DNA from: Eledone cirrhosa
Taxonomy: Eukaryota
NCBI GenBank assembly: GCA_964016885.1
Contig: OZ024745.1
Location: 37,014,001 to 37,078,000 of the forward strand
Length of the DNA stretch: 64,000 nt
Direction: 5' to 3'
The notes below the pieces were generated by a model. It did no database searches, was not told the origin of the DNA, and was given only the letters and a program-made list of their open reading frames with translations. This document shows, one piece after another, positions 61,808-64,000 of the stretch. The position numbers were made by a program, and so were the translations under genes. Position 1 is the stretch's first letter. Every line of letters begins with the position of its first letter.

Positions 61808-61854
<47 letters not shown>

Positions 61855-62914
61855 TGATTTACAAAAGAAACAAAAAATGGCAGAAAGTAAAAATAAATAA
61901 ACATCTTCTGTAGCTTGGGATGCTGATATACTCGCTAAACGATTTTGAAGTAATTCTGAGCTTCCCCGGCATTACTGCAGGTGATAGCGAGATCCAGGTG
62001 CTGGAACAGTGAATAGATCTCAAGGGAATCACCTGTTGCTTTGTTAAGACGAGCAAGCCGCTAAAGAAAACAACATCGTTGCCAGCGGCCCTTCGAATTT
62101 CACAGGCATGAAACAGTATTTAGCGAGTGGTAATTATTTTATCGAGATAAGAATGTTTAATTCTTTAAATGATAAACTCACCGAAACCGCACCCTGATTC
62201 TATGACACAAAACCCATAACTTGAAATTGTTAATATTTATCGAAAGATAAATTTTATTTTCTGTAAAAAAGCCTTTGTCAAGTTGTGCTTTTTAACATTA
62301 TTATATTACTATACCCCTCTAAATTATTGATTATTTTCAAAATTATTTAGAAAATTATAGGTAGTGTTTTTCGTTAGAAATATAGCAACGTAAAGTTTAA
62401 AAACTCACAAAGGGACATAACTAAAGATCTCTGGTAACTACTGTATCTGTCAAATCACCGCTCTTTCTACAATAATATAAACAACAATCGATGCAGGATT
62501 TAAACTTGGTGAGACCCTAATCTGTATAAAGCTTGGAGGACCCCGTGTCTGTTGTTTATATCAGAAAGTTACGCAAATATTGAAAATGTATATACTTTTT
62601 AATTATTGTAAGGTCTGGCGGTTTATAAAGCCTTAAGCTGTAGCTTGTTTAATTTATGCCTAAATCCGACACAGACAACAATATTAATATTGTGAATATC
62701 GAAAGACTCATCCAGTTGTAAAGGAAACGAAGTAGAAGTAAACAAAAAAGCTGACTGTTTCAAGTGAGGAGTTGTGAAGCTACTTATGTTTATGATTGTA
62801 ACCGACTCCCGCTTATAACAATTTCCCTTTGTTCACACGGAAACAGAAACAGGAGTAGGCGACGAAGGAAACGTATCATAACACTATGATTCATTATCAC
62901 AACATCTCGGAATC

Positions 62915-63009
<95 letters not shown>

Positions 63010-63183
63010 TAACTCATGTCTATAGAATCGATCAGATATTAAATATATATATATACGTTATTCCGGGTTGAATCGGAGGTAACCACAGTAAGTAAGGTAC
63101 TCAATACATTGCAGAGTATAAAGGTTTTAATATAGATGAGATTCTACAGGACTAGAACTGTTTCATTCTTTAGAAATCATCAG

Positions 63184-63232
63184 GATTCCTGATGATTTCT
63201 AAAGAATGAAACAGTTCTAGTCCTGTAGAATC
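63184..63232 (+). ncRNA. Hammerhead-like motif in a 129-bp palindrome, with a mirror copy on the minus strand
   Basis: GATTC CTGATGA TTTCT-AA-AGAAT GAA ACAG-TTCTAGTC-CTGT A^ GAATC; first stem II pair mismatched. Confidence 0.55.
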
Positions 63233-63379
63233 TCATCTATATTAAAACCTATATATATATATATATATATATAAGTTGTAATAGAATGAAAACGAAATTT
63301 CATTTCTCACTCTTAGTACGGCACTTACTTATGCTACTGTACGTCTGTATACATATATGTATGTACGTATACATACATA

Positions 63380-63470
<91 letters not shown>

Positions 63471-63547
63471 TATAAGCAAACTGAACTTAAAACGATAAGT
63501 TCTTGTTTTTTTTAGATATGTCAATACTTATAAAACAACTTTTGTAT

Positions 63548-63609
63548 TTTATCTGATGAGTGCGTACCAAAATGTTGGTACCCTTGAAATATATATATAA
63601 CATAATAAA
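63548..63609 (+). ncRNA. Hammerhead-like motif, slightly degenerate
   Basis: TTTAT CTGATGA GTGC-GTACCAA-AATG-TTGGTAC-CCTT GAA ATATATATATAACAT A^ ATAAA. Confidence 0.55.
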
Positions 63610-63648
63610 TATAGTTTTATAAAGATAATTTCCATTTATTAATATCAT

Positions 63649-63697
<49 letters not shown>

Positions 63698-63911
63698 GAC
63701 AGAGATGTGTATCCTGTTGAAATCAAAATAAACAAACAATGAAACAATCGGTCGGTTCAATTCTCATCAGAACCAACAAAAAGCCCCCCTCCCCATAGAG
63801 CTTCTTTCAAATCGAGTCCATTATATATGCGAATATATATGTATATATAATACATTAAGATATATTTAGGTGATAGAATTTACCTCTTCATTATACCCAC
63901 TCTGCATCTCA

Positions 63912-63999
<88 letters not shown>

Positions 64000-64000
64000 A

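Noticed and set aside
63741-63775. CTGATGAG on the minus strand with GAAAC on the plus strand
   Set aside because: The two halves are on opposite strands, so no complete fold

Overview
AT-rich, repeat-dense animal genomic DNA; the SINE and microsatellite style suggests a cephalopod such as Octopus (inference). The one host gene I can support is a minus-strand DNase I-family gene with six spliceable exons between 45147 and 18154. Its N-terminal exon was not found, and it may have an extra C-terminal exon. The introns and flanks hold a ~15 kb (TA)n array with a 200-N gap, two 5'-truncated Penelope-like retroelements (RT + GIY-YIG), an R4/Dong-like retroelement inserted in (CATA)n, two Helitrons, MITEs, RTE fragments and many tRNA-derived SINEs. 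The main unexplained signal is that most non-repetitive islands inside TA tracts carry a type I hammerhead ribozyme (HHR) motif, from roughly 8-10 sequence families. They include a 466-bp tandem retrozyme-like repeat, palindromes with one HHR on each strand, and several cores with a U3-A8 covariation. All folds were paired by eye. The long IY/YI-repeat ORFs in the ORF track are microsatellite artefacts.
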